Below, in pieces: positions 48,426 to 61,290 of a stretch of 64,000 nucleotides of DNA (positions are counted from its first letter, which is position 1; each line of letters opens with the position of its first letter). A program made the position numbers and the translations under genes. The stretch covers positions 104,423,279 through 104,487,278 of the forward strand of contig NC_044037.1 of NCBI RefSeq assembly GCF_901765095.1, read 5' to 3'. This DNA is from Microcaecilia unicolor (lineage: Eukaryota). Under the pieces are notes generated by a model. That model had not been told where the DNA came from and ran no database searches. It was given only the letters and a program-made list of their open reading frames with translations.

Positions 48426-49059
48426 CCACAAAACCATCCTGAGTCACAGGGCCTGTCTGTAGTGCGGTAGATGGAAGTTCTGTGAAGCTGCATATCAGAG
48501 TGAAGTTTAGCACAGCAAGTCCAGCTATGTCCAAAATGGCAACAGTAAAATGGGCCTTTTTTTTTTAATCTAGACTAGTACAGAAAAAAAATATGAGTTG
48601 GTCTCTCAACAACTATTATTTAGTTGCCTGCTGCATTATTAAAGCATGATAACAGAGCCAAACGTTTGAAGAGAATTAACTTGGAATGTCAAACAAAACC
48701 TTTTCTGATTTGTATTTATTTCCTGAGGTAAATGTTTAAAATATGTTGAGCCACTTCCTCTGTTGTCAATCTAACAAAACTAGAGCTACTTCAGAGTATT
48801 GATTATCGTTTACTAGTGTGACCCCCCCCCCAACAAAATGCCCCTGGTTTAGGGCAGGGGGAGGGAGATCACTAAGGAAACAAGGGCTAGGATTGGTGGG
48901 TGGACATGGGAAGGGCCAGCACATTTGGCCAGGACCAGGAGTTAATAAAAGGAGTGGGTCTGAAAAGAATGTGGTCTGATTGTCCAACCCTGCCGAGACC
49001 TAAGTACCGAGGGGGAAGTCTTGGACTTATGGGTATTCAGTGAATGAAGCTTCTGCCAC

Positions 49060-49400
49060 AGGGCAGAGGGTGCCTTACACTACTACTAGTCATTTCTATA
49101 GCGCTACTAGATGTACGCAGCGCTGTACACTTGAACATGAGGAGACAGTCCCTACTCGACAGAGCTTACAATCTAATTAGGCCAGACAAACAGGACAAAT
49201 AAGAGATAAGGTAATTACTAAGGTGGGGATGATAAAATAAGGGTACTGAACAGGTAAGTAAGGGTTAGGAGTTAAAAGCAGCATCAAAAAGGTGGGCTTT
49301 AACCTAGATTTGAAGACGGCCAGAGATGCAGCGTGACCAACCGGCTCAGGAAGTTTATTCCAGGCATGTGTGTTGTACTTTCTCCTGACATTGTACGCCA
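49060..49400 (+). mobile_element. Interspersed repeat family (SINE-like; head CATTTCTATAGCGCTACTAGATGTACGCAGCGCTGTACA)
   Basis: The same unit occurs at 10920-11100 (+) and, reversed, at 32690-32770 (..gcgtaagtctagtagcgctatagaaatg..tagtagtagtag). Confidence 0.7.
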
Positions 49401-51599
49401 CATAGAGCCTGCCTTAGTGGGAATATGTGGGATATAAATGTTCACAATAAATAAATATGGTGCAGCACGATAAAAGGAATGGAGTCTGGAGTTAGCGGTG
49501 GAGGAGAAGGGTGCAGATAAGAGAGAGAAGTTCCTGACAGGAACAAGGAGTGGTGCCCGGGGGAAAATTCACCGCGGGTAAGAGAAGAGGGAGCCTCACT
49601 TCTAGCAGGACATTTGGTGGATGCTCGAAGGAATTCCTGATCTGGGATGAGAGAAGTATAGAGGAAACTATTGGAGATGATTAAAGACTGCTTGCATTTC
49701 TTTTGGCGATTTGGAGATGATGTCTGAAGCTGACCTGGAACTGTTATAAGCCCTAACTGTACATATTAATTTGTGGTTTTAAACTCTTTTCCAAGTCGCT
49801 ATTAAGTAAAGCCAGTTGAAGTTTAACTCAACGACTGCTAGTTGTTCTTGAACAAGAGTGGACTTGAAAGTGTCCCAGAGAAATTACCCTTCTGCCTACC
49901 GGTCTGCGCCCAGCTCCCTGAAGTACAATCCATTTTATGACCCCTGGTCCTGGGTAATTGGTTTGGGGAGCTTAGCTGGCTGCCCTGACTGAGGGGCGGG
50001 CAAGGTTAACACTAGGTTGGGGAACTTCTCCTTGCACCTTTTCTAGTTCCTCTTTCCCTTACCCCTAACTCTGGATGCAGACATTTAGTGATACAGGTAG
50101 AGAGGGGAGGGAGGGGAAGATGAATGCCATTCAGAATACACATCACTCACAGACACAGACAGTATAAAACAGAAACAATATATTATATGACAAAAAGAGG
50201 CGCCCAGGAAATAAAACTGCAAACCTGAATACAGTCAAACTGTGAATATTGCAAAACGATTTATGGTGTTCTAGGGCGTGGTATTGGCTGGGTTACAAAC
50301 CCATAAAGGGGAGTGAGGGATTGGGGATCGGAATGTAAGTTAACTCTTTCCTGTTTGCCACACAACAAGCCAACTACTGCTCCAAGGCCCATACCGGACT
50401 CTCTCCCTGTAATGTTTCGCCAACTCACTAGCCTGGAACCTTTTTTTAAAACTTACTTCCTCCTTTTTTGCTGGACTGGAGTGTCCATACTGTCAATGCT
50501 CCACTCCCGTCCCAACTAGTTCTCTCATCGCCCTCGCAGAACAGTTCCCAGCCCTCCAACTCTCGACAATCCTACCCTCTCTTCTTTTTCTCGTCTCAGT
50601 CCAAAACTGAACCTGGAAAAGATTTCTAATGGCAGCACTGGTTCTGCATATGGCCTGTGCCCAGTGTGTCATCAATAAAATAAAAAGGAATACACGTGTG
50701 CGGGTCTCCGTCCGAAACTCACCTGCTTGTCTTGCTCCCTGCAAGGTCGGCTTCTCTGCTTCGTCCCGAGATGACGAAGTTAAAAGTCTTGCACAGCCAC
50801 TCCCTAGTTCCCTGCACCAAGAGGAGGAGGAGATTTAACTTCAATGGGCGGGGAGGTGGCAGAGTCGATTCCGGTAGGAAAGAAGGAAGGGTTTCATCTT
50901 GCAACACTGTCACCTCCCCCGCCTGTCTATTCTGCGTATTGCTGACTTCCTTGTCTGGCTTTCTCAGCCCCGTGTTGAACTCTAGCCTTGTCCGGCTCTT
51001 CTCCCACCTTGTTTGGACATTTTGAAGTCCTTACGTTTTGTTGGAGTTACACATGAAAAGTTGGGCTGAATTTTCATTTTTTTTGTCTTTGTTTAATTTT
51101 TTCCTTAAAAGTATTTGTGGAGGAAAGATCATTATTTGACAAATTCTTCACATCGGAAACTAATATGTTTTAATATTAAACAATCAAACTTTATTTTATA
51201 TGTAGATAGGTATACATTGATATGCATATCTGAGTTCAAAAATGGTTTTGGAAAAGTTCCTGGAGGAAAAACCCATTGTCTGGTATTGAGTTCCATAGTA
51301 GAGCATCAAAACCAGGCCACATGGACAACATCCTATGAACAAGGACCAATCAACATAATAACCATCATACCCGATCATCTAACAGCCCAAAGCGTACCAC
51401 CACCAAAATGAACACCGCCAAACTGCCCCTATTAATTTACTCCCTACCCTTAATTCACCACACACTAACCACCCCTCTCACAGATACCAACAACATACCC
51501 ACAATACACAAGCCCAACAGACTACTCAGATACAATACATCTCACCAAAATAATAACCAAAACAATGGGAGAACTACTATACACGGACAAAATCAATAC

Positions 51600-51932
51600 A
51601 AAGGAAAGAAAGGACACAACAAACCCACACTACGAGAGAACAGACAACTAACAAAAATCAACACAACTTCGAACCTCGCCAACCCCTACCAAACAATTCA
51701 AGTGGGATACATAAACGCCAGATCAGTAGTCAACAAAACAACAATAATAACAGACTGGATCACGGCAGACAACCTCGACCTACTATTCATCAGTGAAACC
51801 TGGATCCAAGATCATAAGGACCCCATAATTTTAGATCTAAGCCCCCCAGGCTACAAAATCACTCACTGGACAAGAAAAGAAAAAAGAAGAGGAGGCATAG
51901 CACTAATCAGGGCCGGTCTTAGGGCGAGGTGA
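51600..51932 (+). mobile_element. LINE 5' region encoding apurinic-endonuclease-like (EN) domain N-terminus
   Basis: ORF 51408..51932 contains ..IQVGYINARSVVNKTTIITDWITADNLDLLFISETWIQDHKDPIILDLSPPGYKITHWTRKEKRRGGIALI, a typical L2/CR1/RTE EN signature (NARS..NK, ETW, GGG(I/V)A). It is truncated where it abuts the hairpin at 51930. Confidence 0.7.
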
Positions 51933-52090
51933 CCGCATAGGGCCTCGCGCTCAAGGCGCTTCGGGAGCCTTCCTTTCCCTTCCCTCGTTCAGCTCTGGTC
52001 CCGTCCTCGTTTTGAGGGCGGGACCAGAGCTGAGTGAGGGAAAGGAAGGCTCCTGAAGCGCCGCCCAGCAGCTCGCATGCTTTTCACGGC
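51930..52090 (+). repeat. Hairpin palindrome (family A core GCTCTGGTCCCGTCCTCGTTTTGAGGGCGGGACCAGAGC) adjoining the 52130-52460 tandem array
   Basis: Arms ..gcgcttcgggagccttcctttcccttccctcgttcagctctggtcccg.. and ..cgggaccagagctgagtgagggaaaggaaggctcctgaagcgc.. are reverse complements. Confidence 0.8.
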
Positions 52091-52129
52091 TGCTGCTACC
52101 TGCCGGCCGCTCCGATGTCGACAACGAGG

Positions 52130-52460
52130 TAACTTTTAAAATTCAGAGGGAAGGGGGCCTTGGAGCTGGTGGATGGGAGGGAGCTGGGCCTTGGAGCTGG
52201 GTGGGAGCTGGGTGGGGGGCCTTGGAGCTGGTGGGTGGGAGGGAGAGAGAGACAGGCCTTGGAGCGGGGAGGGAGGGGGGGCCTTGGAGCTGGTGGGTGG
52301 GAGGGAGAGAGAGACCGGCCAGCCGGCCTTGGAACTGGGAGGGAGGGAGGGGGGCCTTGGAGCTGGGGAGCCTAGCCCTGGAGCTGGGGAGCCCAGGGGA
52401 TGGCCCTGGAACTCGGAGGGAGGGGTAGCCGGCCCTGGAGCTAGGGTGGGGGTGGGGCTA
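52130..52460 (+). repeat. Tandem repeat (unit about GGCCTTGGAGCTGGTGGGTGGGAGGGAG...), same family in inverse orientation at 44100-44270
   Basis: Visible repetition of gggccttggagctgg at least 8 times. 44100-44270 carries CTCCGAGTTCCAGGCCC units, the reverse complement of ggccctggaactcggag found at 52400. Confidence 0.8.
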
Positions 52461-53369
52461 GGATGGGGCCCCATCAGATTGGTCTGCATAGGGCCCCGCA
52501 CTTGCTAAGACCAGCCCTGGTGACGTGCAGGGGAGAGGAGGAGCGGCTGCAAAGACGACAGCCAATGCCAGATGGCTGTCTACGGAGCCGCATTTTTCAG
52601 GTTGGGTTTTTTTTTTTTTTAATTCTTTCTTTTTGTACCGGCTGCTGCTGCTCAACAGGAGAAGCAGCAGCGGCCGGACAGGGTTACTATTGGGGGTTGC
52701 GGGTGTCGAGGGGATTGATGTCCCCGGGGGGGTTAGGGTCTTGGGTGATGCGCCGAGGGGAGGGGAGGGTCGCTGGACATGGGTGGCTGGAGGGGGAGAA
52801 AGGGGGGAGGGGCTTGGGTGATGCGCCGAGGGGGGGTAGGGACTTGGGTGATGCGCCGAGGGGGGGCACTGACAGCTGATTCCTAGGCAGAAAGAGGAGT
52901 AGGGCCCTACTCCTCCCCCTGCCTGGCTCGCGGTTTGGCAGGGGAGGGGCTTGGATGATGTGCCGAGGGGGATGGCACTGACATCTGATTCCTAGACAGG
53001 GGAGTAGGGACTCCTCCCCCTGCCTGGGTCGCTGTTTGCTATTGGATTCTCTCAGCAGTGTCATTGTGATGTCACTGATCTACGGACGGAAGCTCACCAC
53101 CTCCAAGGGATCCACGGTCCCAGGCAGCTTCAGAATGTTGGAGGTGAGAATTATTATATAGGATAATTATTAATTAATTTTCAAAATTATTGGGGGTGCT
53201 AAACCCAATGTAAATTACCTCTCCCTGGACACAATTAACCAATTTGTTCAATATTGGGGGTGCTCAATTACTCACTGCACCCACAGAGTTGGCTCCATTC
53301 ATATGCAACCTTCAGCTATCCTGCCTCTTAACAGTAAGCTTGATCAGTTACAATCACAAAAATAAAATT

Positions 53370-53800
53370 AATGCAGATAAACAAAGGCTATGACCCTAGC
53401 AGGGTCCACAGAAATATTACTGCCTGTTTCTCTTATACTGTATATGCAGACTTGAAAGTTAATATTGTACATGCCTTAAAGATCTTGGGAGTTATTATTG
53501 ATGACCAACTCGATTTTCATTTACATATCTCATCAGTGGTGCAAAAATCTTTCTTAAATTATGACTAATCTGCTCAGTAATATCTTTTTTCAATCAAAAG
53601 CCTTTACATAAATTAATTTGCATGTTAGTACTAGGACATCTAGATTACTGCAACACATTATGTTCAGATTTTCAACTGACAGACATGAAAAGATTACAAC
53701 ATATTCAGAATCCCTCCAGTGGTCATCTGGTCAGTTTGGGCTTTTAGGGGTGTTGTGTGTTGCTCCCCATAGATTACAGGGGGAACAAATAGTTTATTTA
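53370..53800 (+). mobile_element. LINE RT fragment
   Basis: ORF 53371..53568 reads ..KILGVIIDDQLDFHLHISSVVQKSF (RT palm-thumb motif LGV.ID..L.F..H). Confidence 0.55.
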
Positions 53801-54299
53801 GTTTGTTAAAACTGAATATACCACCTTTCATAAAATTCAAAGTAGTTTACAATAATTAAAATACATAATATAGCACACAAAGATAAAGAACTGCAACTCA
53901 TAAGTTTGGAAGCCTGCACCGTAGGAAAATTGCAAACCACTTTAACAGAGAAACCCAGTTTTGATGAGGTCAGTTGAGCACTATGAAAATCAACATACCT
54001 GGGTTCTGTTGAAATGTTTGTAGCATCTTTCCTATGAATACTATAGGAGGATAGGTGTAGAGTGAGGTCAGTCCCAGGGTATTTGCTAAAGCATCCTTCA
54101 CCAGTTGGTCTGGGGTTAGGAAGACTGAACAATGAAGCAGCAGTTTTGTATTTTTGATGCTAGTGGATAGATTTATTTGAGGGTCCCCCAAGCTCAGAAG
54201 ATAGGCTGCATGACAATCTGTCAGCCACTTGATTGTCAAGGCTGAAGAGATGAGTTGCTTCTATTTTGCACATGACTCACTTCAGTTATTGGAAAAGTA

Positions 54300-55900
54300 A
54301 TGGAAGCGATGCTGAAGGAAAGGGTAGTGAATTTCCTGGAAGCCAATAAGTTGCAAGATCCGAGACAACATAGTTTTACCAGAGGGAAATCGTGCCAAAC
54401 GAATCTCATTAAATTCTTTGATTGGGTAACTGGAGAATTGAATCATCGACATGCTATAGACGTAATCTACTTAGATTTTAGCAAAGCTTTTGACACGGTT
54501 CCCCACAGGAGGCTTTTAAATAAACTCGATGGGCTGAAGATAGGTCCCGAAGTGGTGAACTGGATTAGGAACTGGTTGACGGACAGACGACAGAGGGAGG
54601 TGATAAATGGAGTTCACTCGGAGGGAAAGGTGAGTAGTGCAGTGCCTCAGGGATCGGTGCTGGGGCCGATTCTGTTCAATATATTTGTGAGTGACATTGC
54701 CGAAGGGTTAGAAGGTAAAGTTTGCCTATTTGCGGATGATACTAAGATTTGTAACAGAGTGGACACCCGGGAGGGAGTGGAAAACATGAAAAAGATCTGC
54801 GGAAGCTAGAAGAATGGTCTAAGGTTTGACAATTAAAATTCAATGCAAAGAAATGCAAAGTGATGCACTTAGGGAGTAGAAACCCACGAGAGACTTATGT
54901 GTTAGGCGATGAGAGTCTGATACGTACTGAGGGGGAGAGGGATCTTGGGGTGATAGTATCCGAGGATCTGAAGGCGACAAAACAGTGTGACAAGGCGGTG
55001 GCCGTAGCGAGAAGGTTGCTAGGCTGGATAGAGAGAGGTGTGACCAGCAGAAGAAAGGAAGTGTTGATGCCCCTGTACAAGTCGTTGGTGAGGCCCCACC
55101 TGGAGTATTGTGTTCAGTTTTGGAGGCCGTACCTTGCTAAGGATGTAAATAAAATTGAAGCGGTGCAAAGAAAAGCTACGAGATTGGTATGGGATTTGCG
55201 TTCCAAGACATATGAGGAGAGACTTGCTGACCTGAACATGTATACCCTGGAGGAAAGGAGGAACAGGGGTGATATGATACAGACATTCAAATATTTGAAA
55301 GGTATTAATCCGCAAACAAATCTTTTCTGGAGATGGGAAGGCGATAGAACGAGAGGACATGAAATGAGATTGAAGAGGGGCAGACTCAAAAAAGATGTCA
55401 GGAAGTATTTTTTCACAGAGAGAGTGGTGGATGCTTGGAATGCCCTCCCGTGGGAGGTGGTGGAGATGAAAACAGTAACGGAATTCAAATATGTGTGGGA
55501 TATACATAAAAGAATCCTGTGCAGAAGGAATGGATCCTCAGGAGCTTATCCAAAATTGGGTGGCGGAGCCAGTGGGGGGAAGAGGGGTTGGTGGTTGGGA
55601 GGCGAGGATAGTGGTGGGCAGACTTATACGGTCTGTGCCAGAGCCGGTGGTGGGAGGCAGGGCTGGTGGTTGGGAGGAGGGGATAGTGCTGGGCAGACTT
55701 ATACGGTCTGTGCCCTGAAAAAGACAGGTACAAATCAAGGTAAGGTATACACATATGAGTTTATCTTGTTGGGCAGACTGGATGGACCGTGCAGGTCTTT
55801 TTCTGCCGTCATCTACTATGTTACTATGTTACTTGCTGTGGCAAAAATCCAGATCTTTAGTGTTTTGCTGCCTATTTTTGCTTGTTGACACAAGTCATTG
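54300..55900 (+). mobile_element. LINE family 2 (CR1/L2-like), 5'-truncated: ORF2 RT domain (one frameshift near 54810-54860) plus 3' tail
   Basis: ORFs 54300..54809 (HSFTRGKSCQTNL..IDVIYLDFSKAFDTVPH..PQGSVLGPILFNIFVSD..FADDTKI) and 54860..55888 (LMPLYKSLVRPHLEYCVQFW..ERVVDAWNALPWEVVEMKTVTEFKYVWDIHK). The tail 55540-55900 has (GGGCAGACTTATACGGTCTGTGCC)x2 ..CTGGATGGACCGTGCAGGTC. Confidence 0.85.
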
Positions 55901-56189
55901 CCATTTTTTAAAAACTTTTAACTGAGGCTGAGCAGCCTCAAAGGAAATGGGCAAAGTCTCAAAGAGCAGAACATATGACTCAGAGCTCCAGGTGATTGAT
56001 GTAGAAATGCAGTTTGGATTTCGACCAGGTTCTTTGAGTGAGGTAGGAGTATAAGTGGACTCCCCACTCTACGTTTTATTTATTAACTAGCCGTTGAGCC
56101 CGTAAAAACGGGCTAGTAAAGGAAGGGGGGGTTTGAAAGCCCCCCCCCCGGATAGGTCGCCGCCTCCGCCACCCCTCCACCCGGGTCGG

Positions 56190-56590
56190 GTACCTGGCTT
56201 CACTATTCAAACCCCCGGAACGCAGCACACAGCTCATCTGAGCTGCCGTCGGCCTTCCTTCTTCTCTGCGTGTGTTCCGCCCTCGTGTGACGTAACGTCA
56301 GCGAGGGCGGGACACAGGCAGGTAAGGAAGGCCAACGGCAGCTCAGATGAGCTGTGTGCTGCGTTTCCGGGGGTTTGAATAGTGAAGCCAGGTACCCGGG
56401 CCGGGTGGAGGGTGGGTGGTGGCGGCGACTCCGGGTGGGTGGAGGGAGCAGTAGCGGCAACCCTGGGGGGGGGGGGAGCGGTGGCGACGGCGGTTCCCTC
56501 ACTCGCAGGTGCGCAGGTTCCCTCTCTGTTTCGCCCCCGTCATCACGTATTGACGCGGGGGCAGGACAGAGAGGGTCTCTACTGCGCATT
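56190..56590 (+). repeat. Two family-A hairpin palindromes (56200-56380; 56500-56585) in a GC-rich block with poly-G/C tracts
   Basis: ggaacgcagcacacagctcatctgagctgccgtcggccttcc..gtgttccgccctcgtgtgacgtaacgtcagcgagggcgggacacag..ggaaggccaacggcagctcagatgagctgtgtgctgcgtttcc. A second smaller hairpin is ccctctctgtttcgcccccgtcatcacgtattgacgcgggggcaggacagagaggg. Confidence 0.85.
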
Positions 56591-59500
56591 TGCGAGTGAG
56601 TACGCCTCTTGCCATTTATATGTTTGATTAATTCATTTTATTTTTATTGCAATTTATAACATAATCCAAGGTATAAACTCTTAGAAGGAAATACAGAAAT
56701 ATTTATAAGGAAACAAGGCCAAAGCCAACTTAAATACACTCCACAACACTGTGAGGAGGAATTCAAAAGAAATTTAAGAAGAAATAAAGATAACTATGTC
56801 AAAACATGACATTCATATCATATTATGCAAAAGCAGAAGCAAAGTAGCAAACTCCAGAAATTACTAAATTAATGCGAATCAATAGGAACAGCCATAACTG
56901 GAGAACTAGACAGAGATCTCTTATCACTAGGAAAGGCAGAGGAAAGCTGTGAGGGTTCAATAAATATATATTACACTGATTTCCACTTAACACATTTACA
57001 AGGATATTTATAAAAAAAAAAACAAAAACAAAAACCTCCCAACTGGAGGACAGCTGGTTTAAGAAGAAGAAAATTCTTCCTTCTCCTTTGTGCCTCTTCA
57101 GTTAAGTCAAGAAAAATCCTGACTTGACAACCCAAGAAAGGAACACCTCTTTTTTTGAAGAAATGTTTTAACAGCCATTCACGATCAGATGGTAAAGCCA
57201 GTGATTCAGTACGAAGTCTCCAATAACTGTGATATATTTAATATGTCAGTCTCAGGATCAGAGGCTAAAACCACAACCTGGACAGCATGTATAGGTTCCT
57301 TCTTAGCCTGGGGCAAATAATAAATACAAGTGAGTGGAGGCATTGCTTCTTACAAAATTTGGAGAACTTCTTTCAAGTAGCATTGAAACATATCTCTAGC
57401 AGACACCAGAGGAAGTTTAGGAAAATTAATCAATCTTAAATTTGAAAACCTCACAGAATTTTTCAAAAATTCTATTTTCCTTTTTAGAATAGAGTTCTCC
57501 TTTACCACAGACATAGCCAATACTTGAGAGATTTTAATCTGTTTGGTATTGTCTGCCACCTTCTGCACAGTTTAATTTAAATCTGTACGAAGCTGCTCAA
57601 TTTTAATAGAATTCAATTGTATATTGGCATTCATAATAGCAAACTGCCCAGACAGGGCCTTACCAAGTCTGAAACTGCATTCCAAATGGACTTGAGAATG
57701 AAAGTTGGGGGGGGGGGGGGTCTCTGAAGCTGAATCGGGCCCACCGCTAACTCAACATTCCGCACAATAACAGAAGCCTTGTTGGTCTCCAGCACAGATC
57801 CAACACCTCTCATTGCTTCATCCAGGCTTCCCTCTATCAGCGGACTCCTCCAATAATACAAGTAGGAATCCAATGAACAATTTCTGGAGCTCAATAAACC
57901 AGATTGAGGTGGGGGAATTTGCATATCGGGAGTGAATGAGATGTCTGAGCCAACGCCCGACACTGCCCCACCTGATAGCGGCTTTTGAGGAGCTGGCAAA
58001 CCTCGACCCCCTAAATCTGGAGAAACCAGACCCCTGCGGGTCAGAAAAACATCCATAGGTCCTGACAGCAGAAGTAAGCATCAGCAAGGGTTCTGAGGGA
58101 AAAATCCTCACTTTACCCTTCTTCTTCACAATAACTGCTTGTTAGAACTCTCAAGCTTTCAAGGGAAAACAGGATTTGTGAGCCCTTGGGCCACTGCTGA
58201 GGAGCGGCAGGCAAAACCACCCCAAAAAGCACTTGGCTAACACACCAGCAAGGCAGGGACTGCAGACGCAGATAAGCAAGCTGGAACACATGGACTGGAA
58301 CACACCGGACTGGAACTAGGCTTCACCTATACTTGACTGCTGTTCCCCAGGGGTTGAGCCCCTGGGTGCAGGCAGCCGGCAGGACTTAGAGGAAAGCTGG
58401 TACTGGAGCAGGCAGGCTGGAACACCAAGAAACTCATACTAGAAAAGATTGTTAAACAAGCTTGGCCAAAACAGGGTTCAGGATAGGAATCAGGATTCAG
58501 GATTTCCAAACAGGCTTGGCTGGAAGGAAACTGAAAGCAAGCAGGGCAGACACAAGCAGGAGGGGAACTGAAGCTGAAGACAACCAGCCACAAACAGAGG
58601 AAGAATGGATACTATATAGGGTAAAGGACTTTTAAGACAAGCTTGACTAACCAGGGTAGGGCAGAAGCCCAAGGTGAACAGGGAACCAAACAAGACAGAC
58701 TAGACAGGACACAAAGCTAGGCTACACAGACAAGAACTAGGGCAATGACTGAAAGCTGCCAAGCAGCCACTAAGAAAGACATACATACAAGCAATAAAGC
58801 TAGACTGAAAGCAGAACCTAGCAGACAAACAGAGAACACAAAGGCTAAAGTACACACAGGCACCAAGATCTAAACACAGAACAGAACAAGGCTAAAGTAC
58901 ACACAGGCACCAAGAAATAAGCACAGCACAGAACAAGGCAAGAGTGCAACTGCACACCGGTTACCTCGAAACCCTTGGCAATGCAAAGGCCCTGCTGAAA
59001 GGGCCAGGTGCCTAATAAATGCAATCAGCAGCTGAGGCTCACTGCAGGAATCTCAAGGCAGCTAAGGGTGAGGCTAGCTGCCAAACTTGCAACCAAGTCT
59101 GAAGGGCTAGAATATCTGGACCGGACTGGAATGAAAGTCTGGAATGTGTAAGGAGACAGCAAGACAGTCTATGGCAGCCACCGGCTCTGACCACCAGAGG
59201 GTGAGGTGAGCACAGCCAAGGAAAATAGTCACCACTGCTAGACCGGAAGGGAGCACTGCTACTGGGCTGCCATTATCTTGGAACCTCCACCTCTCCACTT
59301 GATGTTTAAAGCACCCATTATCAGGACAGAATGATATTCCAACAGATCAAAGAGAACACCTCAAGTGATGATGTTGTTGGATATCCTCATGTTTCCTAAC
59401 TGAAGTGAAGGATGCAGTATGGTGAAAAGAGGTTGGCTACATTGGTTCTGTTGAAATTGAGATCCCATTGAAGCCATCTCATTTTCCAATAGGGAAAAGA

Positions 59501-59934
59501 ACTAACTGCACTGAAACAGGTATGCGACCCAGCATCTATAAGTAGGCCCTAGCTGTGACGTTTGCCAAAGTTTGTTTCTAATGCAAATATATCGTAGTAT
59601 AGTCCATCCAGCAGCAGAAAGGCTGTATTGTGTCTAGAATGGTACCTATGAGCTATGAATGAAAGTTAGTCTGAAAAATGTGAATCCAGCTTCTGGAAAA
59701 TTATTACAAGCCTAGACTCTGGAGAAGATGAATTGTCTCAATGCCAATGAGCAATGGAAGTCAACATTGAGAGCCAATGCAAGGCGAAAATCAAGGACAT
59801 TGTACTGATAGTGGTCCTTGCACAGTTGAAACTGAAGATATTGGATGAAAAGTAAATATAAGCATCTGTGTGATTCAAAGCACACAGCTAGTCACCCTTC
59901 TTCAGGAAACGAGTAGGAGGAAATAGTTTTTCAC

Positions 59935-60330
59935 TTAACTAATAGTTAAGTTTTGGAACTCGTTTCTAGAGGATATAGTAACAGGTGTAATGCCGGCGGC
60001 GGTCAGCAAAATGCTGATTGTTACCGGAAGAATATCAGGCTCTGTATCGGCAGGTTTGGCCCACCTTTGCAGTAACCTTTTCCAAACTGCTATAGTATGC
60101 TTTGTAAGAACACAGAAAAATAGAAACATAGACGGCAGATAAGGGCCAAATGGCATCTTCAGTAACCACTAACTTTCCTTTCCTAAGGGATCCCATATGC
60201 CTGTCCCACGCTTCCTTAAATTCTGACACAGTCCTCGTCTCCACAGCCTCCACCAGGAGGCCATTCCATACATCCACCACCCTTTCGGTGAAAGAGTATT
60301 TTCTTAGATTACTCCTAAATCTATTTCCTC
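59935..60330 (-). mobile_element. LINE family 2 3' fragment (reverse)
   Basis: Minus ORF 60035..60280 reads MVDVWNGLLVEAVETRTVSEFKEAWDRHMGSLRKGKL, matching the family-2 ORF2 C-terminus (VDAWNALP.EVVEMKTV.EFK..WD.H). Confidence 0.7.
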
Positions 60331-61139
60331 TTAACGCGGCTTAGTAAAAGGGCCCCTAAATAAATGAAGCGATATGAGCAATCTTCAAGGCAGGAAAACC
60401 TTTTGGTTGGCACTAAGAAAACAAATGTGATACATTTTTTAATTTCCACAAATGCATGAGCATGAGTACTCTGCCTTAGGTGAATCTCTTCATAAAAGCA
60501 GTTAATAAATCCCAATAAATATATTAGCCTCTACATCTAATTGCATCACCCAGCAAGCACTGTTCTCCCATCCCCAGCAAGCACCGACCCCTGCTTCTGG
60601 CAATTGTTTGGCTATTTATTGCTTCCAGTGCCTTTGGATATTATGAGTGTATTTTGACTCTAGTAGGGTTCACAGGGGCCTAAAGACACTGGGAGGGGCA
60701 ATGCATGGCAGTGACTATTGATGCCATCTCTTCTCAGACAGAAGTCTAATGACTCTGGGGGGAGGGGTACCAATATATTGTGCCAGGCTAGCTGATAAGA
60801 CAGATGACTAATGACATCATATTTTGTCCTGTATGGGCCACGCAGAAACCATGACTGATAACATCATCTGTTTTCTGTGGGGACCCTAAGAAGGGATGGA
60901 TTGAGCATATCTGACAATGTCTTCTGCAACTGTTTCGGCCATAGACAAGTGGTGCCTAATTTGCTCCTGCTCTGACAGTCTTATGTATTAATTTTAGTAA
61001 TCTTTTGCTAATAATATTTTGGATACGTTTAGAAGTAAGATTAGTCTGTAGTTCTGACATTGCAAAGGATTGTATTAAGACAGACATGGTAGCATGGAAT
61101 GTTGCTACTCTTTGAGATTCTGAATGGAATCTTGCTATT

Positions 61140-61290
61140 CTTTGGGGTTCTACACGGAATGTTGCTACTAATTGGGTTTCTGCCAGGTACTTGTGACCTG
61201 GATTGGTCACTGTTAGAAACAGGATACTGGGCTAGATGGACCATTGGTCTGACCCAGTATGGCTATTCTTATGTTCTTATCCGTGTAGCA
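61140..61290 (+). mobile_element. CR1 3' tail fragment
   Basis: ggtttctgccaggtacttgtgacctggattggtcactgttagaaacaggatactgggctagatggaccattggtctgacccagtatggctattcttatgttctt. A second copy lies at 62565-62680. Confidence 0.8.

Noticed and set aside
57631-58056. 141-aa minus-strand ORF (MDVFLTRRGLVSPDLGGRGLPAPQKPLSGG...) considered as an exon of a neighbouring gene
   Set aside because: It has no recognisable protein similarity, is Gly/Pro/Ser-rich and low-complexity, lies next to a poly-G tract and repeats, and has no supporting splice signals. It is most likely a chance ORF.
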